The translations under genes were made by a program, and so were the position numbers. The notes under the pieces were generated by a model. The model searched no databases. It worked only from the letters and a program-made list of their open reading frames with translations, and was not told the origin of the DNA. From assembly GCA_018266105.1 (NCBI GenBank), contig JAFEBA010000001.1, forward strand, positions 71,594 to 135,593: DNA of 64,000 nt. The letters run 5' to 3'. The stretch comes from a bacterium. Lineage in GTDB: Bacteria; Vulcanimicrobiota; Xenobia; Xenobiales; JADMJV01. The number at the start of each line of letters is the position of its first letter. Position 1 is the stretch's first letter. Positions 18,439-27,060 of the stretch are shown here, one piece after another.

Positions 18439-19220
18439 AGCGCCTGCTACTGTTGGTCCTGCTGCTTCTGGCCCAACCCGCCTGGGCTCACTTGCCATTG
18501 AAAATGTGGCAGGCAGAGCGTAAGGCGTCCGAGGGCAAGTGGGCCGAGGCGGCCGCGCTCTATAGGGAAGCTCTCAAAGAGCAACCCAAGAACGCCGAAG
18601 CAACCTACAACCTGGCTCTTTGTCTGTACCGTCAGGGCCAGTTCAGCAAAGCCGAAGAGCAGTTTAAGAAAGCCCTGGAATACGCCTCGCCGGGGGAGCT
18701 CAAGGGGAAAGCCGCCTATAATCTGGGCAATACGCAGTTTCGACAGAAGGATACAGGCCCCAAGCCGGAGGACCGAGAGAAGCGTCTCAAGGAGGCTTTG
18801 GACTCCTATAAGACCGCCTTGCGCTGGAATGAGTACGACGATGATGCGCGTTACAACATTCAGGTCGTGCTTGATCTCTTAAAGAAGCCGGACCCGCCGA
18901 AGAAGAATCAGGATAAAGATAAGGATAAGAAGAACCAGGACGACAAGAAGAAGGACAAAAAGCAGAAGCCAAAGCCGGACCGCAAGCCGGACCCCAAGCA
19001 AAAGCCGGATTCCAAGAAGGATCAGGGTAAGAGCAGTCCTACGCCGACTCCCGCTCCGCCCAAGCAGCAGCCTCAGCAGCCGCCGCCGCCCAAGCCGGCC
19101 GACCGGGACAAAGAGGACGCTGAGCGCATGCTGCAGTTCTTCCAGAACCGCGAAAAGGATGCGCAGAAGAAGCGCTTCCCGGCCCGACGTATGGCACCCA
19201 CCGGGGAGGACGATTGGTAA
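18435..19220 (+). CDS. batC: TPR protein BatC with a Lys/Asp-rich and Pro/Gln-rich C-terminal extension
   Basis: TPR repeats (AEATYNLALCLYRQGQFSKAEEQFKKAL), then KKNQDKDKDKKNQDDKKKDKKQKPKPD... low complexity. Confidence 0.7.
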   Translation: MKRLLLLVLLLLAQPAWAHLPLKMWQAERKASEGKWAEAAALYREALKEQPKNAEATYNLALCLYRQGQFSKAEEQFKKALEYASPGELKGKAAYNLGNTQFRQKDTGPKPEDREKRLKEALDSYKTALRWNEYDDDARYNIQVVLDLLKKPDPPKKNQDKDKDKKNQDDKKKDKKQKPKPDRKPDPKQKPDSKKDQGKSSPTPTPAPPKQQPQQPPPPKPADRDKEDAERMLQFFQNREKDAQKKRFPARRMAPTGEDDW

Positions 19221-20929
19221 GGCGTCTTTTCAGCATTCTGATCTTGTTGACGCTGGTCGCCTGGGCTCAGGGGGTGGAGTGGGTTGCCGCTTTGAGCACC
19301 ACTCGCTGCAATGTTGGTGAGCAGGTGATGTTGGAGTTGCGCTTGAGCGGAGCCAGTAGCGATCCTCTCGAGCCTCGCGTCCCGGACATCGCGGGCATCA
19401 GCATGGAGTTTGCTGGCGCCAGCAAGAATGTGTCGATGATCAATGGCGTCACCTCATCCCAGAGCACCTACACCTACGTGCTTACGCCCACCCAACAGGG
19501 GAGCCTGACCGTGCCCCCCATTTCTATCAGCGTGGATGGCCATACCTATACCTCCGAGCCGCTCAAGCTGCAGGTCGGAGTTAGCTCTGGACAAACTTCA
19601 CCGGGACCACCCCCACCAGGCTTTCCTCCCGGTCAATCCCCCTGGGGAGGGCCTCAGGATCAGCTCCCGGTGACGCCCGCGTCGCCCGAGGCGCAACCCG
19701 TTCTGGTTGAGTGTGAAGTATCCAACACCCACCCCTACGTGGGAGAACTGGTGGTCTATACTTTTCGTTTTCTTCATCGGGTTCAACTGGTGGGTGGGGT
19801 GAACTTCGAACCGCCCCCGCCCACCGGCCTTTTGCGCGAAGACCTGGGCCAGTCTCAAAGTCAGGTCACCCGCAACGGCGTGGCCTACGCTCAGAGCGAA
19901 GTTCGCACGGCCTTTTTTCCAACCTCGCCGGGACCCCTGACGATCGCTCCAACTCGCCTGAGCTGTCAGGTTGCACCGGATTTTTTGGACCGGAACTTCA
20001 CCATGGTGGGGGATGGAGTCCGAGAGATGGCCACTCAGCCGATTGAACTTCAGGTCTTGCCTCTGCCCACCGAAGGTCGGCCACCGTCTTTCAATGGCGC
20101 CGTGGGCCGGAACTTTGAGCTGAAAGCCTCGCTGAGCAAGACCGAGATCAAAGCCGGTGAGCCGGTCAAGTTGCAGGTGAGCATCAGCGGAGACGAGCAT
20201 CCCGACCTCCTCCTCGATCCTGCTCTTCCCGCCTGGCCCGGAGTTCGTAGTTACAGCTCCGACGCATCGGCGCTGCCCTACGAGAAGCCGAATTTTCGAG
20301 CCACCAAGACCTTCAAGATTCCTCTGGTTCCCCAGCAGGCCGGACAGTTTCAGTTGAGCGATCTGAGCTGGTCCTATTTTGACCCCAGTGCGCGGCGCTA
20401 TGTGACTCTGACCGCCAGCCCGATGGTTCTAAAGGTTGAAGGGGGTCCCCAGGCTACTGCCAGTCATTCTACCTCGCCTTCGGCTCCGGTGGATCCGCTT
20501 CGGGGTCCGCAACCTGGTGTGGATGCCTCTCAGGGCTGGGCCCTGGAGTCGGGAATTGCTCTGCTTTCCGTCCTGCCCTGGGGGCTGAGCCTGGCGCTCC
20601 TGGTATTGGGCCACGCTCATTATCAGTACGAGATGAGTTTGCAGACCGACCGGGCTCGCTTGCGTCGAATCGAGCGGCAAGTGGCTCGAGCCAAAACTTT
20701 GGAAGAACTTTCGCATCTGGCTTACCAGGGGTTGGAAATTCGCAAGGGGATGGCCTTGAAGGGCCTACCCTTGCTTCGCCTGCGCGAGATCCTTTCCGGG
20801 GAAATGGTCGACCAGTTGGAAGCCGCAGAGGCGGCCAGATATTCCCCGGAAGGGGACAGCGACCCGAAGAAAATGGATTCATTCCGCCAGTTGCTGCTGC
20901 GCGAATTGCGGGCAGGTGACCTCAAATGA
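19214..20929 (+). CDS. batD: BatD-like oxygen-tolerance protein
   Basis: N-terminal BatD fold signature (EWVAALSTTRCNVGEQVMLELRL...ISMEF...TYTYVLTPTQQGSLTVPPISISVDG). C-terminal transmembrane helix. TTG start overlapping the upstream stop. Confidence 0.75.
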   Translation: MVRRLFSILILLTLVAWAQGVEWVAALSTTRCNVGEQVMLELRLSGASSDPLEPRVPDIAGISMEFAGASKNVSMINGVTSSQSTYTYVLTPTQQGSLTVPPISISVDGHTYTSEPLKLQVGVSSGQTSPGPPPPGFPPGQSPWGGPQDQLPVTPASPEAQPVLVECEVSNTHPYVGELVVYTFRFLHRVQLVGGVNFEPPPPTGLLREDLGQSQSQVTRNGVAYAQSEVRTAFFPTSPGPLTIAPTRLSCQVAPDFLDRNFTMVGDGVREMATQPIELQVLPLPTEGRPPSFNGAVGRNFELKASLSKTEIKAGEPVKLQVSISGDEHPDLLLDPALPAWPGVRSYSSDASALPYEKPNFRATKTFKIPLVPQQAGQFQLSDLSWSYFDPSARRYVTLTASPMVLKVEGGPQATASHSTSPSAPVDPLRGPQPGVDASQGWALESGIALLSVLPWGLSLALLVLGHAHYQYEMSLQTDRARLRRIERQVARAKTLEELSHLAYQGLEIRKGMALKGLPLLRLREILSGEMVDQLEAAEAARYSPEGDSDPKKMDSFRQLLLRELRAGDLK

Positions 20930-21630
20930 GATGGCTGCTGCTGCTGTGGTTGCTACTGGTGGTCCCGGGCTGGAGCGAAAAGCCCAATCTGGATCAGTTG
21001 TTGCAGCAAAAGAGATGGTCTGAGGCGGTACCTCTCCTGGAAGCGCAAGACCGTCTCAACAACAACGATTCTGGAGCCCGTCTGTACTACAATTTAGGCC
21101 TGTGCTACCAGCACCTCAACAATCTGGGGCGAGCGCGAGTTTACTATCAGGCGGCTTTGCGACGAAACCCATGGAATTCCAGCCTGCAAAGCAATCTGGC
21201 TTTACTCAAGGCCGGACTGACCGAGCCCGAGCCGGACGAAAGCTGGACCCAGACGGCCACCCACTGCGCCCCACCGGCTGTGCTGGCAGCCAGCATGCTG
21301 ATTTTCAGTTGGTCCGCCTGCGGCCTGGCCTGGATGTATCGAATGCGCCCGCGCGAACGCTGGCTGTGGGGGGGATTGGGCTGTTTTATTTTGGCCGTGA
21401 TTTCCACATGTCTATGGTTTGCGGCCCGCCTGGCTCCACTCCAGGCAGTGGTGCAGCCTGAGACCGCTTTCCTGATGAACGGCCCGGGCGGCGAGTTTAC
21501 CCAGAGTCTTAATGTCCATGCCGGCAATCTGGTGGAAGTCGTTCGTGAGCAAGGAGACTGGGCCGAAGTGGAGGCGCTGGGCAAGTTGCGGGCCTGGATC
21601 CGCCGCGATGAACTGATGCTTGTGCCTTGA
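20926..21630 (+). CDS. batE: BatE-like TPR/SH3b protein
   Basis: TPR segment (LYYNLGLCYQHLNNLGRARVYYQAALRRNP), transmembrane helices and a C-terminal SH3b-like region. Confidence 0.65.
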   Translation: MRWLLLLWLLLVVPGWSEKPNLDQLLQQKRWSEAVPLLEAQDRLNNNDSGARLYYNLGLCYQHLNNLGRARVYYQAALRRNPWNSSLQSNLALLKAGLTEPEPDESWTQTATHCAPPAVLAASMLIFSWSACGLAWMYRMRPRERWLWGGLGCFILAVISTCLWFAARLAPLQAVVQPETAFLMNGPGGEFTQSLNVHAGNLVEVVREQGDWAEVEALGKLRAWIRRDELMLVP

Positions 21631-22661
21631 AAATCGGCTCCTATGAGGTCGAGCCGGCCACTTATTTGGCGCCCATGGCCGGCCACACCAATCGGGCTTT
21701 CCGTGAACTTTGCCGAGAACTCGGAGGCGTCGGCATGGTTTGCACCGAGCTGGTTAGCAGTCAGGCGTTGGAATACTCCCGCCAGCGGGCCATGCGCTTC
21801 TTTGACTTCGCCGCCAGTGAGGCGCCGATGGCGGTGCAACTCTTCGGTGCCGAGCCTCAGGTCATGGCTGAGGCGGCTCGATTGGTGGTGGACCTGGGAG
21901 CGCCTATGGTGGATATCAACATGGGCTGTTGGGTTCCCAAGGTTGTCAAGAAGGGCGGTGGAGCGGCCTTGCTCGGGGATCTGTGTCAGGCTCGGTCCGT
22001 AGTTGAAGCCGTTTGTCGGGCCGTGGAGGTGCCGGTTACGGTTAAGGTGCGCAGTGGACTGAGCTCGGCTCAGGAGACGGCCGTCCCATTTGCTCGAGCC
22101 GCCCAGGATTGCGGAGTTCAGGCCATCGCCGTGCACGCCCGAAGCGCCGAGCAGGGATTTTCAGGGTCACCGGACTGGTCAGTGATTGGCCGGGTTTGTC
22201 AGGCGGTGAAGATTCCGGTTTTCGGAAACGGCGACCTGACCACACGGGCCGAGGCTGAAACCATGGCAGCCGCAACCGGCTGCCAGGGCTGGATGGTAGG
22301 CCGGGCCGCGCTGGGCGCTCCCTGGATCTTCGCCCAATGGGCCGGGCTGTTGCCCGAGGGAGTCCCGCCAGTGGAATTTCGCGCGGCCGTGGCCCTGCGT
22401 CACCTGCATCTGACCGCTCTTCATTCGCCACTCTCAGAGCATCAGGCGGTGCGCGAGCTGCGCGGTCAGTTGTCTCGTTATGAATTGGGTATTCGGGAAC
22501 AGTTGGTGCGACTCGAGAGCTACGCTCAGGCTGAGAAATTGCTTATCAAAATTAGTGATGGGGCTGAGCTTGCGGATCTTCGTGGGAGCTGGCATCTTCC
22601 ACCCCCTCCAGCTCGGGGACCTTGCGATAGAGAGCGGCCGCAATCTCCTGTCCCACCGTAA
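21627..22661 (+). CDS. dusB: tRNA-dihydrouridine synthase
   Basis: LAPMAGHTNRAFRELCRELG...MVCTE FMN-binding N-terminus. TTG start overlapping the batE stop. The 3' end overlaps the convergent gene by about 110 nt, so the true stop may be less certain. Confidence 0.8.
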   Translation: MKIGSYEVEPATYLAPMAGHTNRAFRELCRELGGVGMVCTELVSSQALEYSRQRAMRFFDFAASEAPMAVQLFGAEPQVMAEAARLVVDLGAPMVDINMGCWVPKVVKKGGGAALLGDLCQARSVVEAVCRAVEVPVTVKVRSGLSSAQETAVPFARAAQDCGVQAIAVHARSAEQGFSGSPDWSVIGRVCQAVKIPVFGNGDLTTRAEAETMAAATGCQGWMVGRAALGAPWIFAQWAGLLPEGVPPVEFRAAVALRHLHLTALHSPLSEHQAVRELRGQLSRYELGIREQLVRLESYAQAEKLLIKISDGAELADLRGSWHLPPPPARGPCDRERPQSPVPP

Positions 22662-23541
22662 TGGCGGCCGAGCTACATCCCTGGCAACCGCCGCCGAGCT
22701 CGATGTAAGCGATGCCGTCGCGGTAGTCCTTCAGTTGCACGACTCCCTTGTGAGATTGAAGGTCGGGCTGGATCTCTTGTTCCAGGACCTGGCTCAGCCG
22801 AGAGCTGGGGTCGGGTCGCTGTTGAGGGCGCCAGGGATGGTTCTCGATTTCGGCCAGCCAGGCCCCGATCCGTCGCGCCTGCGCGGGCCAGTCCAGGCTG
22901 CTGTCCCGCAGCACGGCCAGGTAGCCCTGAGAGCGCCAGAGTCTGCGGCAGGCGAACGGAACCAGGTTCGGGTCGCCCTCCAACGGCTGGCTGACCGGCT
23001 GGCAGACAAAGCGAGCCTGGTTGCGGTCGGGCAGGATGCAGGCGCTTTTGCCGCCGACGACCGGAAAGAGCGGGTCGAGCTGGGCCGACCAGGCCACCAG
23101 GCCTCCGTCCAGGACGCGCGGACGGCAGTTCTTGCGTTGCGCCAGGTGAACCGCAGCCGCACCGGCCATGGGCCCGTTCTGATCGAAGAGCAGAACCTCG
23201 CCGCCACTGACCTGCTCAGCCACCTGAGCGTCCAGCAAGCGGGCTCCGGGAAGGGTTCCCAGGGCCAGGTCTTCAGGCGAGCGGCAGTCCACCAGCGGGA
23301 GCCCGGCTTCCAGAGCGGCTTGAAATTCGGCTGGTGGGATGCGAAACTGACGCTGTTCCAGTTCGGTCTCCTCCAGTCTTCGCAACACCGAGTTCACGTC
23401 GAAGACCAGATAACGGCTGAGTACCTGTCGCAGCCGTTGCTCGGGGCGAAAGCCAAGTTTCTCCCGGCCCCCCACGCCGTAGCGCGCGAAAAGGGTCAGG
23501 GCCGCGCTGGGCCATTCGGCCAGCAGTTCCCCCATGGTCAC
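22552..23541 (-). CDS. Rhodanese-domain / Nfu(NifU C-terminal)-domain fusion protein
   Basis: C-terminal Nfu motif GIAYIELGGGCQGCSSAAITV. Central rhodanese-like region with a candidate Cys loop (LPLVDCRSPEDLALG). Confidence 0.7.
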   Translation of the reverse strand: MTMGELLAEWPSAALTLFARYGVGGREKLGFRPEQRLRQVLSRYLVFDVNSVLRRLEETELEQRQFRIPPAEFQAALEAGLPLVDCRSPEDLALGTLPGARLLDAQVAEQVSGGEVLLFDQNGPMAGAAAVHLAQRKNCRPRVLDGGLVAWSAQLDPLFPVVGGKSACILPDRNQARFVCQPVSQPLEGDPNLVPFACRRLWRSQGYLAVLRDSSLDWPAQARRIGAWLAEIENHPWRPQQRPDPSSRLSQVLEQEIQPDLQSHKGVVQLKDYRDGIAYIELGGGCQGCSSAAITVGQEIAAALYRKVPELEGVEDASSHEDPQAQPHH

Positions 23542-23549
23542 CTCGGCGT

Positions 23550-24722
23550 TCAGATCAGCGGACGCCCCAGAACAGGTTCGCCCACCTCAAAGGCGGCGGC
23601 GACGGTGGCGCCCAGGTCGGCGAAGGTGGGCCGGATTTTGAAGTCCTGGCCACCCTCGACGGAGGGGCTGTAGAGAAGCAGTGGAGCGTATTCGCGACTG
23701 TGGTCGGTGCTGGGCGTGGTCGGGTCATTGCCGTGGTCGGCAGTGATGAGAAGGAGATCACCTGGTCGCATCACGGAAATCAGTTCGCCCACGTAGCCGT
23801 CGAATTGCTCAAGGCAGGCGGCGAAGCCGGCGGGGTCGTTGCGGTGCCCATAGAGCATGTCGAAATCCTCGAAGTTGACGAAGAAAAAGCCGCTCTGGTG
23901 CTCGCTGGCCAGGCGCATGGTCGCCTGATGATGCTCGGGGTTGCTCTGGGTGCGTTCCGAGTAAACGAATCCGCGACCGCCAAAGACTTCGGGGATGACC
24001 CCTACGCCAGCGGTGAAGACGCCCGCGGCGTAGAGCGAGTCGATCACATTAGCCGGCGGTGTGATCGGGAAGTCTTTGCGCCGCTCGGTGCGGCGGAAAT
24101 CAGCCGCGCAAGTGCCTTCGAATGGGCGGGCGATGACCCGCTGGACGCCGTGAGGCGGCTGCAGCAATTGGCGAGCTTTGCGGCAGATATCGTAGAGTTC
24201 CTCGATGGGCACGACGGCCTCGTTGCAGGCGATCTGAAAAACGCTGTCGGCACTGGTGTAAACAATGGGGGAGCCGGTGGCCAGGTGTGTTTCGCCCAGC
24301 TCTTTCAGAATGGTTGTGCCCGAAGAAGCCTTGTTGCCGATCACCTTACGACCGATGGCCGTCTCGAAATCGGCGATCAGATCGGTCGGAAAACCGTCCG
24401 GATAGGTAGGGAAGCGCTCGTCTACGCTGATTCCCATCATTTCCCAGTGGCCGGTGACCGTGTCTTTGCCGCCCTGACTGGTTTCTTGAAGGCGCCCGTA
24501 ACTGCCGATCGGTTTGGCCACCGGTTGGCCGCCGGCCAGGTCCAGGGCGTTACCCAGACCCAGTGAGCGCAGATGAGGGATTTTTAACCCGCCCACGGCC
24601 CTGGCAGTGTGAACCAGCGTGTCGCCAAGGTTGTCACCAAAATCACCGAACTCGGCCGCGTCCGGGGCCGTGCCCGCGCCGCAGCCGTCCATCACCAATA
24701 GAAAAACTCGTTGAAATCTCAT
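23550..24722 (-). CDS. deoB: Phosphopentomutase
   Basis: MRFQRVFLLVMDGCGAGTAPDAAEFGDFGDNLG N-terminus and HGNDPTTPSTDHSREYAPLL C-terminal region are typical of DeoB. Confidence 0.85.
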   Translation of the reverse strand: MRFQRVFLLVMDGCGAGTAPDAAEFGDFGDNLGDTLVHTARAVGGLKIPHLRSLGLGNALDLAGGQPVAKPIGSYGRLQETSQGGKDTVTGHWEMMGISVDERFPTYPDGFPTDLIADFETAIGRKVIGNKASSGTTILKELGETHLATGSPIVYTSADSVFQIACNEAVVPIEELYDICRKARQLLQPPHGVQRVIARPFEGTCAADFRRTERRKDFPITPPANVIDSLYAAGVFTAGVGVIPEVFGGRGFVYSERTQSNPEHHQATMRLASEHQSGFFFVNFEDFDMLYGHRNDPAGFAACLEQFDGYVGELISVMRPGDLLLITADHGNDPTTPSTDHSREYAPLLLYSPSVEGGQDFKIRPTFADLGATVAAAFEVGEPVLGRPLI

Positions 24723-24784
24723 GGGGCTGGGCTTTGGCGCCCAGGTTCAGGGACCCTCCCGGCGAAAGCGGGTCGGCTGTGGGA

Positions 24785-25654
24785 ATGCTCGCCGACCGAA
24801 TCTCGAAAAATGCCCGTCATCTTCGGAAATGGGGAAAACGTCAGGGTTTTTCTTGTTTGCGTCTCTACGACCACGACATTCCTGAGTATCCCCTGAGTGT
24901 GGATGACTACGAAGGGCACTTCCTGGTCACACTTTCGGCAGGCGCGGCGTTCGAACCAGAGATGCTCCAGGGTCTGGATTACGCCGAGCTGGTGGTCAAG
25001 GAACGAGGTGCCTCCAAGGAATCTGAATTGAGGCCAGAGCGCGCTTTTCTGGTGCAAGAAGGCGGCATGAAGTTCGAAGTGAACCTGCACGGCTACCAGG
25101 ATACCGGTCTTTTCCTGGACCACCGATTGGGTCGCCAGTGGGTGAAGGAGCAAAGCCGGAATGCGGAAGTGCTGAACTTGTTTTGCTACACCGGCAGTTT
25201 TTCGGTGGCTGCCGTACTGGGTGGGGCTCGCTGCGTCACCAGCGTGGACCTTTCCCATACCTACCTGGACTGGGCCGGGCGGAATTTCGCACACAACGGT
25301 TTGCCCATGCGTCCCCACCTTTTTGTCCAGGACGATATCCTGCAGTGGCTGCCCCTGGCTCTGGACGCCGAGCAGAGCTATGACCTGATCATTTGCGATC
25401 CCCCCACCTTCAGCAACTCCAAGCGGATGAAGCAAACTTTCGATCTGCAGCGTCTGCATCTGGCCATGCTGCGCGGTCTTCAAGGACTGGTGAGGCCCGG
25501 GGGGCGCTTGTTCTTTTCATGCAATGACCGGGGCTTTCGTCTGGACGAAGCTCTTCAGTTTGAAGAGATTACCGCGCGCACTCGTTCTGAGGACTTTCGT
25601 CGTCGCGGAGGCCATCGCAGCTGGCTGTGGAGCAACCCAGCGGGCACTCGATAG
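24785..25654 (+). CDS. Class I SAM-dependent rRNA methyltransferase (RlmK/RlmL C-terminal-domain-like)
   Basis: VLNLFCYTGSFSVAAVLGGA SAM motif and DLIICDPPTFSNSKRM motif. The start was moved to an internal ATG to avoid overlap with deoB. Confidence 0.7.
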   Translation: MLADRISKNARHLRKWGKRQGFSCLRLYDHDIPEYPLSVDDYEGHFLVTLSAGAAFEPEMLQGLDYAELVVKERGASKESELRPERAFLVQEGGMKFEVNLHGYQDTGLFLDHRLGRQWVKEQSRNAEVLNLFCYTGSFSVAAVLGGARCVTSVDLSHTYLDWAGRNFAHNGLPMRPHLFVQDDILQWLPLALDAEQSYDLIICDPPTFSNSKRMKQTFDLQRLHLAMLRGLQGLVRPGGRLFFSCNDRGFRLDEALQFEEITARTRSEDFRRRGGHRSWLWSNPAGTR

Positions 25655-26087
25655 GCCCGGGCCATTCCACGCTTTCCCAGGCGGCCACCTGCAGGTCCCA
25701 GCTCAGCGACCAGCCGCACTGATCGCAGATCCAACTGACCCGGCTGCGGCCGTTCTGTCGCGTGACATGCAGGCCGGCTGGCGGAGTGCTGGGAGGCGGC
25801 CAGGGAGTGTTGCTGCGCTGGCTGACCCACCACCAATGGTCCCATTGAGAACACAGGTCGCGCAACTCAGCCAGGCTTCTGTCCAGATCGGATAGTTGCC
25901 CCTGGCCCGCGAAACAGGCCAGACGTTCAAGGCAGGCTTCGCTCTGTCGTCTCAGTTCCTCGGGAATCAACGCCTGGCTGATGTCCAGACTGCAGCAACG
26001 CCATTGAGAGGCCCATTCCAGGACGCTCAGTTGCTGGCTTAAAAGGGCTTCACTGGCCTCCTGCAACAGGGCCAGAGCATGCGGCAA
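25569..26087 (-). CDS. Hypothetical Cys/Trp-rich protein downstream of the PilZ gene
   Basis: 172-aa ORF starting 2 nt after the PilZ stop. Contains WICDQCGW and CPLGCSTASC motifs. No family recognised. Confidence 0.4.
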   Translation of the reverse strand: MPHALALLQEASEALLSQQLSVLEWASQWRCCSLDISQALIPEELRRQSEACLERLACFAGQGQLSDLDRSLAELRDLCSQWDHWWWVSQRSNTPWPPPSTPPAGLHVTRQNGRSRVSWICDQCGWSLSWDLQVAAWESVEWPGPIECPLGCSTASCDGLRDDESPQNECAR

Positions 26088-26089
26088 AG

Positions 26090-26947
26090 TTAGGCGACGG
26101 GGCTGCCCTGCGCGGGCGGTGGTGGTGGGGGCGAGCCGGGAAAGTTGTTGACGGTTAAGGAGCGGGCCTCGGCGTCTCCCTGGTAAACCTCCGAGTCATT
26201 GAGGGGTACGGTCCCCATGGAGGTTTTCTGTTGAATGTCGCTCCGCTCTCGCGCCAGCAACAGCTTCTCGAAATCTTCCAGTTCTTGCTCGATTTGGGGC
26301 GGCAGATTGACGAATTCCACACCGATCATGTAGCGCTTACGCTCGACTTGCTGGCACCAGCAAACCTTGCCCTGGCAAAGCACACGCGGCATATTGCCGC
26401 CTTCCAGCTCAATGTTGAGAGCCAGGACTTTTCCAATCGGAATTTCACCTTCGGTTTGAATCTGTAATCCCAGTGCGTTGTAGTCCACCGAGAGGGCCTT
26501 GAATCCAGGCAGGTCTTTGCTCAGAAGCCGCAGACTCAACCGGTGCCGTGGGCGGCGACGGGCGCCCGCATCGGCTTTGGATGAAATGGCGGCTTTATCC
26601 ATCACCTGTCGGATCTGGGCCAGCTGATTGGAACCGGTCGGAACGTCGGAGACTGCGATCCGCATCTTTTCGCCAGGAATTGGCCGTTGCGAGGTTACGA
26701 CAACGGGCAATTGCAGGGTCTGTGGGCCATTTTCGGTGGGGACTTCCACGCGAACTCGAACGGTCTGGCCGCTCTTATAAGCCTTCTTGTATTTGAATGT
26801 GAGCCGGCGGTCCACCAAACTTACAAATTCAACTACTTCAGGCGGGAACAAGAAATCAAACAACAGCCTGTCTCCTCTTTGGGCTCTAAGGTTGTTCGAA
26901 TAGCTACCAATTCTTCCTCTTGCCGCAGTCGGAAATAAGTGCCACAC
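26090..26947 (-). CDS. PilZ-domain c-di-GMP receptor with an N-terminal PilZN-like domain (start uncertain)
   Basis: RRRPRHRLSL...DYNALG matches the PilZ RxxxR/DxSxxG motifs. No ATG lies upstream of the domain, so an in-frame GTG at 26947 is taken as the start. Confidence 0.6.
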   Translation of the reverse strand: MWHLFPTAARGRIGSYSNNLRAQRGDRLLFDFLFPPEVVEFVSLVDRRLTFKYKKAYKSGQTVRVRVEVPTENGPQTLQLPVVVTSQRPIPGEKMRIAVSDVPTGSNQLAQIRQVMDKAAISSKADAGARRRPRHRLSLRLLSKDLPGFKALSVDYNALGLQIQTEGEIPIGKVLALNIELEGGNMPRVLCQGKVCWCQQVERKRYMIGVEFVNLPPQIEQELEDFEKLLLARERSDIQQKTSMGTVPLNDSEVYQGDAEARSLTVNNFPGSPPPPPPAQGSPVA

Positions 26948-27060
26948 CGGGGCTTGCCATAAAACGCCGGAGTATCCGTGGCGGCGCGATTGAGGGCGAA
27001 TTGTGCGGTCCTCAACCGGGCTTGAGGGGGGAGGGGCGAGCGAGGAGAGAAGGATCAGGA

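Noticed and set aside
21147-22136. 329-aa minus-strand ORF inside dusB, and similar long antisense ORFs (13730-14620, 14491-15462, 16928-17596, 19598-20200, 29073-30410, 40309-41347, 53739-54831, 55224-55985)
   Set aside because: These are shadow ORFs typical of high-GC DNA. Their products are low-complexity Arg/Pro/Gly-rich with no motifs. The opposite strand carries genes with clear family signatures.
24563-24784. Upstream extension of the methyltransferase ORF, overlapping deoB by 160 nt
   Set aside because: The extension is Arg/Pro-rich with no conservation signal. The internal ATG at 24785 removes the overlap.
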